From positions 9,059 to 73,058 of the forward strand of contig CAWIHJ010000023.1 in NCBI GenBank assembly GCA_963835795.1: DNA of 64,000 nucleotides, given 5' to 3'. Shown here piece after piece: positions 27,727-37,241 of the stretch; positions within the stretch are counted from its first letter, which is position 1; each line of letters begins with the position of its first letter. Source of the DNA: an uncultured Gammaproteobacteria bacterium (lineage in GTDB: Bacteria; Pseudomonadota; Gammaproteobacteria; GCA-001735895). The notes under the pieces were generated by a model. It was not told the origin of the DNA, searched no databases, and saw only the letters and a program-made list of their open reading frames with translations. Both the position numbers and the translations under genes were made by a program.

Positions 27727-29364
27727 TTATGCCAGCCAGATGAATTCCGGCCATTCACAACCACCGAGCTGTCCCAGCGGTACCGTGGGCATGCCCATGA
27801 CATTGTTAGCGATACCGTCGTTGATGTTGGAAAATGCCGGAATGACCATGCCGCTGTCTTCGTGGACCAGGGTTTGCATTTCGCAGTACATCTCGTGACG
27901 TTTCGACCGGATCGATTTCGGCCAGTGACAGGGTCAGCAGACTCACCCATGCGCTCGTTGTTCCAGAAGGTGTCGTTCCACGGCAGCGCCGGGGCCGAAC
28001 TGGATGCCGAGCTGCGAGTTTGCGGTCGGACGCATGTTCCAGGTGACCACGTTGAGCGGCTCCTTCATCCACACCGCACCCCAGTAACCGTCGGTCGGCA
28101 CCTTCTTCAACTGCAGGTCGAAGCCGATCTTGGCGCAGTTGGCCTGGGCGGTCAGGCAGATGTCCTCGATACCACCGGATACCGGCGCGACGTAAAGTTC
28201 GGCTGACGAAATGCCGGATTTCTTGAAGTGGAACTTGGCCTTGTCCGGATCGTAGGGGCGTATCCGGCAACTCGCTAGCAGAAGTCCTTGCCGTGCGCGA
28301 GCCGAAATCGGCGTGTCGTTACCGACCGAACCCTTGCCCTTGAGGATACGCTTGACGATACGCTCGCGATCCTGGATGTATTTCATACCCAGCACGAAAG
28401 TCATCGTTGTTGCCCGGCGCAGGTATTTCGCAGAACACAAATACCGAGTTGCAAGGCGGCCGGAGTTGACAGCAGGGTAACACCATCGGCGCTTTCGATC
28501 TGGCGGAACGCGTTGGGCTCGATCTGGGTTATCATTTGCATGTCACCGGCTATCAGCGCATTGACGCGCGCCACCGGATCGGTGATCGCGGTGATTTCGA
28601 TCGCGTCCAGATTTGGCACCCTCACGCCAGTAGTTCTTGTTGCGCGAGTGCACGGACTTGACGCCGGGCTGGAAAGAATCCATGACATAGGGTCCTGTGC
28701 CGATGCCATTGCCGGTAGAACCCTTCTGCACGATCTTGGTCTGGAACAGGCCGAGCAGGGTGGGCAGGTCGGCATTCGGTGATTCCAGGATCGCCTTGAC
28801 TTCCATCGGGCCGGTCTTCTTCCATTCCTTCACCGATGCCAGTACCGATTTGATTACCGACTTGGAGTCTTCACCCTGGTGGCGCTTCATCGTGTAGACC
28901 ACGTCATCTGCGGTCAGCTTGGCACCATCGTGGAATGTGACACCTTTGCGGATCTTGAAAGTCCACTCGGTAGCATTGCTATTGGGTTCGAAGGATTCGG
29001 CCAACTCCGGCTGTGGAGTCAGGTCGTTGGCGTGCTGGATAAGGCTGTTATAGGTAGCGCGGCCACGGGTGTAATCGATGGTCGAAGTAAACAGGGTCGG
29101 ATCGAGTTGATCGTTCGGACCGTGCAGATTCGATGCCATGCGCACCGAACCGCCTTTTTTCGGTGTGGCGGCCATGACCGACTTGCCATCGGTCAGCAGT
29201 TGTTCGGCGACGGTCAACGAGACCCCGGTGACCATGGCGAGCTTGAGGGCATCGCGCCGCGTGACCTGGCCAGTACCGCCTTTCACCATCTTGTCTACCA
29301 GGTCCTTGTCGGCCTGGCTGAGATCCCGGAAATTCAATTCGGATTGGGATTTGTCGTGTTTCAT
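27727..29364 (-). pseudogene. ABC substrate-binding protein, family 5 (operon 2), Tat signal, at least 6 frame disruptions
   Basis: The fragments read in order as:
- MKHDKSQ...VTRRDALKLAMVTGVSL...ATPKKGGSVRMASNLHGPNDQLDP...PELAESFEPNSNATEWTFKIRKGVTFHDGAKLTADDV...NKNYWREG
- VPNLDAIEITAITDPVARVNALIAGDMQMITQIEPNAF
- VFCEIPAPGNNDDF
- VLGMKYIQDRERIVKRILKGKGSVGNDTPIS...YDPDKAKFHFKKSG...TDGYWGAVWMKEPLNVVTWNMRPTA
- WNDTFWNNERM
- LLTLSLAEIDPVE
- RKRHEMYCEMQTLVHEDSGMVIPAFSNINDGIANNVMGMPTVPLGQLGGCEWPEFIWLA*
Paralog of 15766..17370. Confidence 0.75.
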
Positions 29365-29638
29365 TTTCTCTCCTCGATTATGTAGTAATGGTACTTCTTA
29401 TAATATTAGTGGACGATGAACCTTTGCTTAACCTGCCGGAGCATTAAAGCGAAGAAGTCTGGAGTGTTGGCCAAAGACGAACTCACCGTGAACGGTCCTA
29501 GCCTAATAGCAGCACTATTTAATGTCAAAGGCTGCTTCAGGGACCCGGATCGGGGAAATAATGCAAGGGGGATGATATCGAGCATTGATTGGTTTAGAGT
29601 AGCGTTCAATCCGGGATGCGCCCGGTGCTGGATCGCCC

Positions 29639-30928
29639 TTGTACAAGACTCTTATCACCCTCAGCTCGATTCTGTTCAGCTATGGCCTGTTGCTGCTGGC
29701 CAACGGTCTGTTCGCGACCCTGCTCGGGGTGCGTTCGCAGTCGGAAGGCTTTTCCTCGAACCTGATGGGCTTCGTTGTCGCGGCCTATTTCAGCGGGCTA
29801 TTGCTGGGTGGACTGTTCGCCGCGCGGGTAGTGTTTCGTGTCGGTCATATCCGCTCGTTTGCAGCCTTTGCGTCGTTGATGTCGGCGTCCGCTTTGATGC
29901 ACCCCATGTTTGTCGATGGCTACGCGTGGATGGCATTTCGCCTGGTGGCGGGGTTCAGCATGGCGGGCATGATCATGGTGACCGAAAGCTGGTTGAATGA
30001 AACCGCGAGCAATAACACGCGCGGCAAAGTCCTGTCGATCTACATGATTACCAATTACTTCGCCGCCGGTTGCGGTAACTTTTTATTAACCGTGGGTGAT
30101 CCGTCGCATTTCGAACTGTTCAGCCTGGCATCGATCATCTTTTCACTGTCGCTGGTGCCGGTGCTGCTGACGCGTGCCAATGCCCCGGTGCCGTCGCGCG
30201 CCGAACGCATGCATGTCTGGGAGCTGTATCGTATCGCGCCGCTCGGTGTAGTTGGCGTGTTTTGCTGTGGGCTGGTGAATGCCAGTATCAACGGTCTCGG
30301 TTCGGTGTTCGCCACCAATATCGGCTTTGACAGCCATCAACTGGCCACCTTCATGGCGGTGCTGGTGATGAGTGGTTTGATCCTGCAGTGGCCGATCGGA
30401 ATTTTGTCGGACCGTATCGGGCGCGGTCCGCTACTGGTGTATATCCCGCTGGTGGTCGCGCTCGCCGCTGTCTGGCAGTTGTACGCTGATGGTTTTATGC
30501 CGGTGCTGGTCGGCGCCGGCTTTCTGGGCGCGTTCGTCTTCACCCTTTACTCGTTGTCGGCGGCGACTGCCAATGATCGCGTGACCTCTGGCCAACGCGT
30601 GCAGGTGGCGGGCGCGCTGTTGATCACTTATGGCGCCGGCGCGGTCATCGGGCCGATCGTCGCCGGCCAGTTCATGAGTCTGCTCGGCCCGCAGGGGCTG
30701 TTCTTTTATATCGCCCTGATCGAACTGGTGCTCTGCGCCTTTTCCATTTTGACCCGCAAAAACCGCGTTGGCAGTCGGGATAAACGTAAGCCCTATGTCG
30801 CGGTGCCGTCGACCGGGGCAACTTCCAACGAGCTCTACGTGTCGGCCCACGAAGAAAAACCGGATTCGGTCGCGTCCGGCGACGACACCGACTTCGTTCA
30901 ATGGAAGGCGCCTCGCACGGATGACTGA
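29639..30928 (+). CDS. MFS transporter (YcaD-like), paralog of 21945..23231
   Basis: TTG start at 29639. GHIRSFAAFASLMSASALMHP...LVAGFSMAGMIMVTESWLNETASNNTRGKVLSIY mirrors the other MFS. 429 aa. Confidence 0.8.
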   Translation: MYKTLITLSSILFSYGLLLLANGLFATLLGVRSQSEGFSSNLMGFVVAAYFSGLLLGGLFAARVVFRVGHIRSFAAFASLMSASALMHPMFVDGYAWMAFRLVAGFSMAGMIMVTESWLNETASNNTRGKVLSIYMITNYFAAGCGNFLLTVGDPSHFELFSLASIIFSLSLVPVLLTRANAPVPSRAERMHVWELYRIAPLGVVGVFCCGLVNASINGLGSVFATNIGFDSHQLATFMAVLVMSGLILQWPIGILSDRIGRGPLLVYIPLVVALAAVWQLYADGFMPVLVGAGFLGAFVFTLYSLSAATANDRVTSGQRVQVAGALLITYGAGAVIGPIVAGQFMSLLGPQGLFFYIALIELVLCAFSILTRKNRVGSRDKRKPYVAVPSTGATSNELYVSAHEEKPDSVASGDDTDFVQWKAPRTDD

Positions 30929-32267
30929 AGCGCAGGCGGCACTCGAAGTATCCCACCGCAAGGTGTGGATGCTCGCCGGTCCAATCATCCTCTCGAATAT
31001 ATCGGTTCCCCTGGTCGGTGCCGTGGATACCGCGGTGGTTGGCCATCTGCCAGGTCCGGAGTCGATCGGCGCGGTTGCCCTCGGTGCGCTGATTTTCAGT
31101 TTTCTTTACTGGGGCTTCGGCTTTCTGCGCATGGGTACTACGGGCTTCATCGCCCAGGCTTTTGGCGCTGGCGACCATGACGGACTTGCGGATACCCTGC
31201 TGCGCGTACTGTTGCTCGCGGTGATTCTCGGCGCGGTCATCATCCTGGTTGCCGCACCCATCATCGACTTTGCCTTTTACCTGATCGATACCAGTGAACA
31301 GGTCGAAGGCCTTGCGCGCGACTACGCGGTCATCCGTATCTGGAGCGCGCCCGCGGTGCTGTGTATCTATGCCTTTACCGGCATCTTTATCGGCATGCAC
31401 AATACACGCGCCGCCTTCATACTGCAGCTGGTGCTGAATATCAGCAACGTGTTGCTCGACCTGCTGTTCGTGCTGGTGTTCGAGTGGGGTGTCGAAGGTG
31501 TTGCGCTGGCCTCGATCATTGCCGAGTACCTGGCGATGCTGGTGGGTATCTACCTGCTGCGTCGATCCATTCGCAATGCTTTCGAGCGCTACAACCGTGC
31601 CCGATTGTTTGCACGCGCGGCTTTACTCAGCCTGTTCAGCGCCAACGGCAATATCTTCGTACGCACCTTGTGCATGTTGTTTGCCTTCAGCTATTTCACC
31701 GCGAAAAGCGCGGGACAGGGCGAAGTGATTCTCGCCGCAAACGCCATACTGATGCATTTGCAGAGCTTTATGGCCCACGGGCTGGATGGTTTTGCGCACG
31801 CGGTCGAGGCGCTTGCGGGAAGCGCTTACGGTGCGAAAAAAGTGTCCGCGTTTCGGCGCGCGGTTTTCCTCACCAGCCTGTGGGCCGCGGTGGTGGCAGT
31901 GCTGGCAGCGGCAGTTTTCTGGATCTGGGGTGGGGCAATTATCAACTTGTTCACCAATATCGACACGGTAATCACAAGCGCCTTGCAGTATCTGCCGTGG
32001 ATGATCTTGGCACCTTTGATATCGGTGTGGAGTTTTCAACTCGACGGTATTTTCATCGGCACCGGGCACACTCGCGAAATGCGCAACGCGATGATTTTTT
32101 CGCTGCTGACTTATTTACTGGTGTTGCAACTGACCATCCCCTGGCTCGGCAATCACGGGCTGTTTCTTGGACTCGCATTTTTCATGTTGATACGCGCGGC
32201 TTCGCTGCTATTCTACCTGCGCGGAATCGAAACCGCGATCCGCAACAGCGAAACCGCGAAGCTATGA
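30921..32267 (+). CDS. MATE-family efflux transporter (DinF/NorM-like)
   Basis: Internal ATG 30921 overlaps the MFS stop (ATGACTGA). MTEAQAALEVSHRKVWMLAGPIILSNISVPLVGAVDTAVVGHL is a typical MATE N-terminus. 448 aa, 12-TM-like. Confidence 0.85.
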   Translation: MTEAQAALEVSHRKVWMLAGPIILSNISVPLVGAVDTAVVGHLPGPESIGAVALGALIFSFLYWGFGFLRMGTTGFIAQAFGAGDHDGLADTLLRVLLLAVILGAVIILVAAPIIDFAFYLIDTSEQVEGLARDYAVIRIWSAPAVLCIYAFTGIFIGMHNTRAAFILQLVLNISNVLLDLLFVLVFEWGVEGVALASIIAEYLAMLVGIYLLRRSIRNAFERYNRARLFARAALLSLFSANGNIFVRTLCMLFAFSYFTAKSAGQGEVILAANAILMHLQSFMAHGLDGFAHAVEALAGSAYGAKKVSAFRRAVFLTSLWAAVVAVLAAAVFWIWGGAIINLFTNIDTVITSALQYLPWMILAPLISVWSFQLDGIFIGTGHTREMRNAMIFSLLTYLLVLQLTIPWLGNHGLFLGLAFFMLIRAASLLFYLRGIETAIRNSETAKL

Positions 32268-33027
32268 ATCCAGTCATATTCCTGTGGGCTCACCCACGCT
32301 CGATGTCGACCGCGATCGAACGCATCATGCGCGAGCGCGGCGATTTCGACTGCCTGCACGAGCCCTTCCTGCACTATTACTACCTGCAAAAGACGCGCAA
32401 ATCGCTGCGCCATTTTAACGACGAGCAGCGATTATCCGCGCAGCTACGCGGAAACTCGCGATCGGGTGCTGGAACACGCTGAAAAAGCGCCGGTTTTTGC
32501 CAAGGACATGAGTTACTACGTCATCCCCGAGATTCTGCAGGATGCCGAGTTTTGCCGGCGCGTGCGCCATTGCTTCCTGGTGCGCCAGCCCGATGCACGC
32601 CATCCTCTCCTACTACCGGCTCGATCCCGAGGTGACTCTGGATGAAGTGGGAATCGAGAGTCAGTGGCGTCACTTACAGGGATTGCTGGCGCTCGGCATC
32701 GATAATCCTGTGTTGCTCGAGGCAGAGGCGGTGCAACGCGATACGGCTGCCACCATGCGCCAGTTCTGGATGGCGCTCGGGCTCGACGATAAACCGGCTG
32801 CGCTCAACTGGGACCAGGCTTCGACCCCGGACGACTGGAACTACGTTCAGGGATGGCACCAGGACGTGTCCGCATCGAGCGGAATTCAGGCGTCATCGGC
32901 TGCCGAGGAGCAGCGCAAACAAGTACAATTCGAACAACTGTGCGAACGCGAACCCAGGCTCACGGAATACCTGGAGCATCATCAGCCCTTTTATCGTCAA
33001 CTCCTCGAACACAGCCTGACGCGAGGG
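32264..33027 (+). pseudogene. P-loop sulfotransferase-like protein, two frame disruptions, no stop before the following MFS
   Basis: ATG 32264 overlaps the MATE stop (ATGA). The gene reads MNPVIFLWAHPRSMSTAIERIMRERGDFDCLHEPFLHYYYLQKTRKSLRHFNDEQ. It continues DYPRSYAETRDRVLEHAEKAPVFAKDMSYYVIPEILQDAEFCRRVRHCFLVR, then AILSYYRLDPEVTLDEVGIESQWRHLQGLLALGIDNPVLLEAEAVQRD...HHQPFYRQLLEHSL. Shifts are near 32425-32440 and 32585-32600. WAHPRSMST resembles a PAPS 5'-phosphosulfate-binding loop. Family call is tentative. Confidence 0.45.
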
Positions 33028-34275
33028 TTGAAATGCGTCACTGAAGCGTTCGGCAAGCAACACCGTTTCCTGCTCGGTGCGCTGTTTCTCGGCCATCTGA
33101 GCAACGACTGGGTCGCCGGCACCCTGTGGCTGTTGGCGCCGGCGATCGCGGTCAGCATGGGGCTCGGGCCGACCGAAGTCGGTTTGATCCTGACCATCAA
33201 CGGCATCGGTGCGGGGCTAGCCTATATCCCCGCCGGTGTATTGTCGGATCGTTCGACGCGCCCGGGCTGGCTGATGTTGCTGAGCTTCTGGTGGGTAGCG
33301 GTCGGTTACCTGAGCGCCACGCTGGTGCCCGGATTCTGGGCCATTACCCTGCTGCTGGCCTTCGGCGTCATGGGCGACGCCTTCTGGCATCCGATCGCCA
33401 CCGGGGTGCTGGTCAAGGAAATGCCCGAACGACGTGCCCAGGCGCTCGGTATCCACGGCGTCGGTGGCAGTATCGGCGCCGAAGTGATCGCACCGCTCAG
33501 CACCGGCTTTCTGCTCGGATTTTTTAGCTGGCAGACCACGCTGCAGATACTGGTGCTGCCGGCCGTGATCATGGGGATATTGTTCATTCCGATTGCGCGG
33601 CGCATCAGCCGTGACAATCCCGGCAAGATCAAGCCGATCGACTTTCGTGGCATGGCGCGACACTGGAGCAAGCCTGCCGGCATCGCGCTGATGCTGATGA
33701 TGGTTCTGTACAACATGGCGTTGATCGCGCAGTTGGCGATGGCGCCGGTGTATTTTCAGACCGAGCACGGGTTGTCACCGTTTCATGCCGGCCTGATTTT
33801 CGCCGGCATCTTGATGCTTGGGTCGATCTTCCAGCCTTTTTTCGGCAAGTATTCGGATCTAAAGGGGCGCAAGCCGATGATCTTGCTGGTGCTGTTCAGC
33901 GTCAGTTTTTTTGCGCTGTTTGCCGGGCTCGCCGACAGTCTCTACTGGGCCATCCTCGGGCTGTTGCCGTCGGTGGTCATGCTCACCGCGGTGCGCCCGG
34001 TGATACTGGCAACGGCGGTGGAGTACAGCAGTAAATCCGAGTCCACCACGCTGGGTATCATTTTTACCGTGCTCGACGGAGTGGGTATGTTTGGCGCGCT
34101 GCTGGCCGGTATGGTTGCCGAATTCGAAATCGGCTATGCGTTTATCATGGCGGCGGTGCTGGCGCTGTGCGCTGCGCTGATTTGCCTGGTACTCAATTTT
34201 GAGATCGACAGGTCAGGCGCTGAGGAAGCGGCGACTAACGGTGAGCCGAACCTGATTAATCCAGTTGATCCTTGA
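33028..34275 (+). CDS. MFS transporter (third in this operon)
   Basis: C-terminal ~416 aa of track ORF 32542..34275: (L)KCVTEAFGKQHRFLLGALFLGHLSNDWVAGTLWLLAPAIAVSMGL...12-TM-like. TTG 33028 is the only plausible start, and the frame is open from the upstream gene. Confidence 0.65.
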   Translation: MKCVTEAFGKQHRFLLGALFLGHLSNDWVAGTLWLLAPAIAVSMGLGPTEVGLILTINGIGAGLAYIPAGVLSDRSTRPGWLMLLSFWWVAVGYLSATLVPGFWAITLLLAFGVMGDAFWHPIATGVLVKEMPERRAQALGIHGVGGSIGAEVIAPLSTGFLLGFFSWQTTLQILVLPAVIMGILFIPIARRISRDNPGKIKPIDFRGMARHWSKPAGIALMLMMVLYNMALIAQLAMAPVYFQTEHGLSPFHAGLIFAGILMLGSIFQPFFGKYSDLKGRKPMILLVLFSVSFFALFAGLADSLYWAILGLLPSVVMLTAVRPVILATAVEYSSKSESTTLGIIFTVLDGVGMFGALLAGMVAEFEIGYAFIMAAVLALCAALICLVLNFEIDRSGAEEAATNGEPNLINPVDP

Positions 34276-34819
34276 TGATGGCGTAGAGTTCGGGCCGATT
34301 GGCCGCGACTTCTGCAACGTCGAGACCCTCCAGTGAGTGCGGATACTTGAGCCAGCGCGCGGTCTCGTGCAGGTAATAATCCGGCACGCGGCTACTGCGA
34401 TTACGCGTTGGCTTGTAGTAGGGCACGGCGACGCGAATGTCCTGCGGCGTGTTTAGACGCGCCTTTTCCTGCAAATGGTTGATCACCGCTTCGATGGTCA
34501 ACCCGGTATCGAAAACATCGTCGACGATTAACAGGCGGTCTTCGTAGCTGCAGTTTTTGACCAGGTAATTCATGCCGTGGATGCGAATCTCCGCCGCCTG
34601 GCCATCGATGCCGCTATAGGATGAGGTGCGAATGGCGATGTGATCGGTTTCGATGCCGTACCAGGTGAGTAATTCCTGAATCGCGATACCCATCGGTACG
34701 CCGCCGCGCCAGATCGCAATCATGATCGACGGTCGAAACCCATCCTTGATGATTTCCGCGCCGAGACGAAACGAGTCTTCGAGCAATTGTTGAGCCGATA
34801 AATACTGTTTTTCACTCAT
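34256..34819 (-). CDS. Type I phosphoribosyltransferase-family protein (COG2236-like purine PRTase)
   Basis: 187 aa with the PRPP-binding loop LLIVDDVFDTGLT. Its 3' end overlaps the convergent MFS gene by 20 nt. Confidence 0.7.
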   Translation of the reverse strand: MSEKQYLSAQQLLEDSFRLGAEIIKDGFRPSIMIAIWRGGVPMGIAIQELLTWYGIETDHIAIRTSSYSGIDGQAAEIRIHGMNYLVKNCSYEDRLLIVDDVFDTGLTIEAVINHLQEKARLNTPQDIRVAVPYYKPTRNRSSRVPDYYLHETARWLKYPHSLEGLDVAEVAANRPELYAIIKDQLD

Positions 34820-34890
34820 CTGGCGTGCATTGGATTGGGTTGTGGTAGGCTTCGCCAGAATAGCATGAGAGTTACCCAGGACGCAGATTT

Positions 34891-35478
34891 ATGCAAGCTA
34901 AACGCTTTATCGACGAGCAGCAGCTACTCGAAGATTCCTTCCGGCTGGCACGGCAGATTTACCACAGCGGCTTTCGCCCCGATTTCATCGTCGGTGTGTG
35001 GCGCGGTGGTTCGACCGTGGGTATTTATGTGCAGGAATGCCTGCAGTATCTCGGGGTCGAAACCGATCACATCGCGGTGCGTACATCCTATCGAGGCCGC
35101 GACGACTACCTGCGCCAGCTCGAACAGGGGAGTGAAATGCGCGCGCATGGATTGCAATATTTGTTCGAAAACCTGAATGCCGACGATGCGCTGTTGATCG
35201 TCGATGACGTCTACAGCACCGGTCGCAATGTGCAGGCCATCGTCGACCGCCTGCGCCAGAAAAACAAGCGCAACATGGCGCGCGAGCTGCGTGTTGCAGC
35301 GCCTTATTACCGCCGTCGCGAGGGTAGCCATAATCCGCCTCCCGACTATTACCTGCAGCAAACCGAGGACTGGCTGGTATTGCCCTACGAACTGACTGGC
35401 ATCAGCCGGGACGAAATGGCAAAAAATAAACCATGGATACTTCCATTGCTCGATGAACTCAATCCAGGCTGGCAATAA
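34891..35478 (+). CDS. Type I phosphoribosyltransferase-family protein, paralog of 34256..34819
   Basis: 195 aa with LLIVDDVYSTGRN. It shares QQLLEDSFRL, GFRPxxIxxxWRGG, GxETDHIAxRTS and PDYYL blocks with the divergent neighbour. Confidence 0.7.
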   Translation: MQAKRFIDEQQLLEDSFRLARQIYHSGFRPDFIVGVWRGGSTVGIYVQECLQYLGVETDHIAVRTSYRGRDDYLRQLEQGSEMRAHGLQYLFENLNADDALLIVDDVYSTGRNVQAIVDRLRQKNKRNMARELRVAAPYYRRREGSHNPPPDYYLQQTEDWLVLPYELTGISRDEMAKNKPWILPLLDELNPGWQ

Positions 35479-35485
35479 CAAGCAC

Positions 35486-36660
35486 ATGAAATTTTCTGAT
35501 CTGACCAACCGCGTCAAGGGCGGTGCCGCCGACGCATGGGATTTGCACTACGAGGCCAAACAGGCAAAAGAGCAGGGCGAAGATGTCATCGTGCTCAGCG
35601 TTGGCGATCCTGACTTTGCCACGCCGCCAGGCGTCATCGAGAAAGCATCGCAGGCGATGCGCGAGGGCGATACCCATTACACCTCGATCCAGGGTCACCA
35701 GGTACTGCGCGAAGCCATTGCCGAGCGCCACCGCGCAAGCAGTGGCCAGTCGATTACTGCCGCCAACGTGATCACCACTTCGGGTGCGCAAAACGCGTTG
35801 TTCGCCTGTGCCCAGTGCCTGCTGGATGCCGGTGACGAGGCGATCGTTTTGCAGCCCATGTACGTGACTTACGAAGCGACGATACGCGCGCCGGGCGCCA
35901 GGCTGGTGCCGGTGGTGCTGGATGCGGAGAAGGGTTTTCGCCTCGAGCGCAAGGCGCTGGAGCAGGCCATCAGCGAACGCACGCGGGCCATATTTTATGC
36001 CTCGCCGAGCAATCCGACCGGGGTCGCGCTAAACCCGGACGAACTGCAAATGATCGCTGATCTCGCGCAGCAGCACGACCTGTGGGTGATCGCCGACGAG
36101 GTCTACGCCGATTTTGTCTTCGACGAGGAATTTCATCACATCGCCTCGCTGCCGGGTATGAACGATCGCGTCATCACCATCGGCAGCCTGTCCAAATCCT
36201 ATGCGATGATCTGGTTGGCGCGTGGGCTGGGCGATTGCACCGCTCGAGATGATCGCCAACATGGATAAACTGGCACTGTGCATGCTTTACGGTTTGCCGG
36301 GATTCATCCAGCAGGCCGGTGCACACGCCTTGTTGCACTGCGGTGAGGATTTGCAACGCATGCGCGCGGTTTATCGGCAGCGGCGGGACTACTTGTTCGA
36401 CGCTTTCTCGGCGATTCCCGGCTTGCAGCCATTGCTGCCGCAAGCCGGCATGTTCATGATGGTCGAGGTGCACGGGCAGTGGTTTCCCGACCGCTGAATT
36501 TGCCAGGGCACTTTACCAGGCGACCGGAGTATCGGTGCTCGATGCGACCGCCTTTGGCGCCAGTGCCGAGGGCTATGTGCGCGTATCCTATACGGTCAGC
36601 GAAAACGATCTGCAGGAAGCCTGTGGCCGGATCAAGTCTTTCATGGAAAACCTGCAATGA
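35486..36660 (+). pseudogene. Class I/II PLP-dependent aminotransferase (aspartate/aromatic-type), two frame disruptions
   Basis: The gene reads MKFSDLTNRVKGGAADAWDLHYEAKQAKEQGEDVIVLSVGDPDF...SPSNPTGVALNPDEL...ITIGSLSKSYAM. It continues GWAIAPLEMIANMDKLALCMLYGLPGFIQQAG...GMFMMVEVHG, then GFPTAEFARALYQATGVSVLDATAFGASAEGYVRVSYTVSENDLQEACGRIKSFMENLQ*. SLSKS carries the PLP lysine. Shifts are near 36205-36225 and 36475-36490. Confidence 0.8.
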
Positions 36661-37240
36661 ACGATACGAATCTTACGCGCTGCTGGTGGTGTGGTGACGA
36701 CGAACTCTACCAGCAGTACCACGATCTGGAATGGGGCGTGCCGGTACATGACGAGCGCGAGCTGTTCGAGTTTCTTTGTCTCGAAGGCGCGCAGGCCGGT
36801 TTGAGCTGGATTACGATTTTACGCAAGCGCGAGCACTATCGACGGGTATTCGACAATTTCGATGCCGATAAAATTGCCCGTTACGGGGATGGCAAAATCG
36901 CCGAGCTGTTACAGGATCCCGGAATTGTGCGCAATCGGCTCAAGGTCAACGGCTTCGTCAAGAATGCGCGCGCCTACCTCGAATATGCGCGAGCAGGGTT
37001 TGACCCTGGACGCCTACCTGTGGGATTTTGTTGACGGTAAACCGCGGCAAAACGCGCGCCAGTCCATGAGCTGAAGTGCCGGCAAACACCGAGATCTCGG
37101 ATGCCATGTCAAAGGATTTGAAAAAACGCGGATTTACTTTCGTCGGCAGCACCATATGTTATGCCTTCATGCAAGCTGCCGGCCTGGTGAACGATCACCT
37201 GGCCGACTGTTTTCGTCATCAACAATTGAAAGGAGATTGA
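36657..37240 (+). pseudogene. tag: DNA-3-methyladenine glycosylase I, two frame disruptions
   Basis: The gene reads MNDTNLTRCWWCGDDELYQQYHDLEWGVPVHDERELFEFLCLEGAQAGLSWITILRKREHYRRVFDNFD...NARAYL, then NMREQGLTLDAYLWDFVDGKPRQNARQSM, then EVPAKTEISDAMSKDLKKRGFTFVGSTICYAFMQAAGLVNDHLADCFRHQQLKGD*. The ATG overlaps the upstream stop (ATGA). Shifts are near 36985-36995 and 37065-37080. Confidence 0.85.
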
Positions 37241-37241
37241 T

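Noticed and set aside
31361-32482. 373-aa plus-strand ORF spanning most of the MATE gene.
   Set aside because: It is out of frame with the MATE transporter and Arg/Gly-rich. Only its last ~70 codons (from ATG 32264) are real and belong to the sulfotransferase-like gene.
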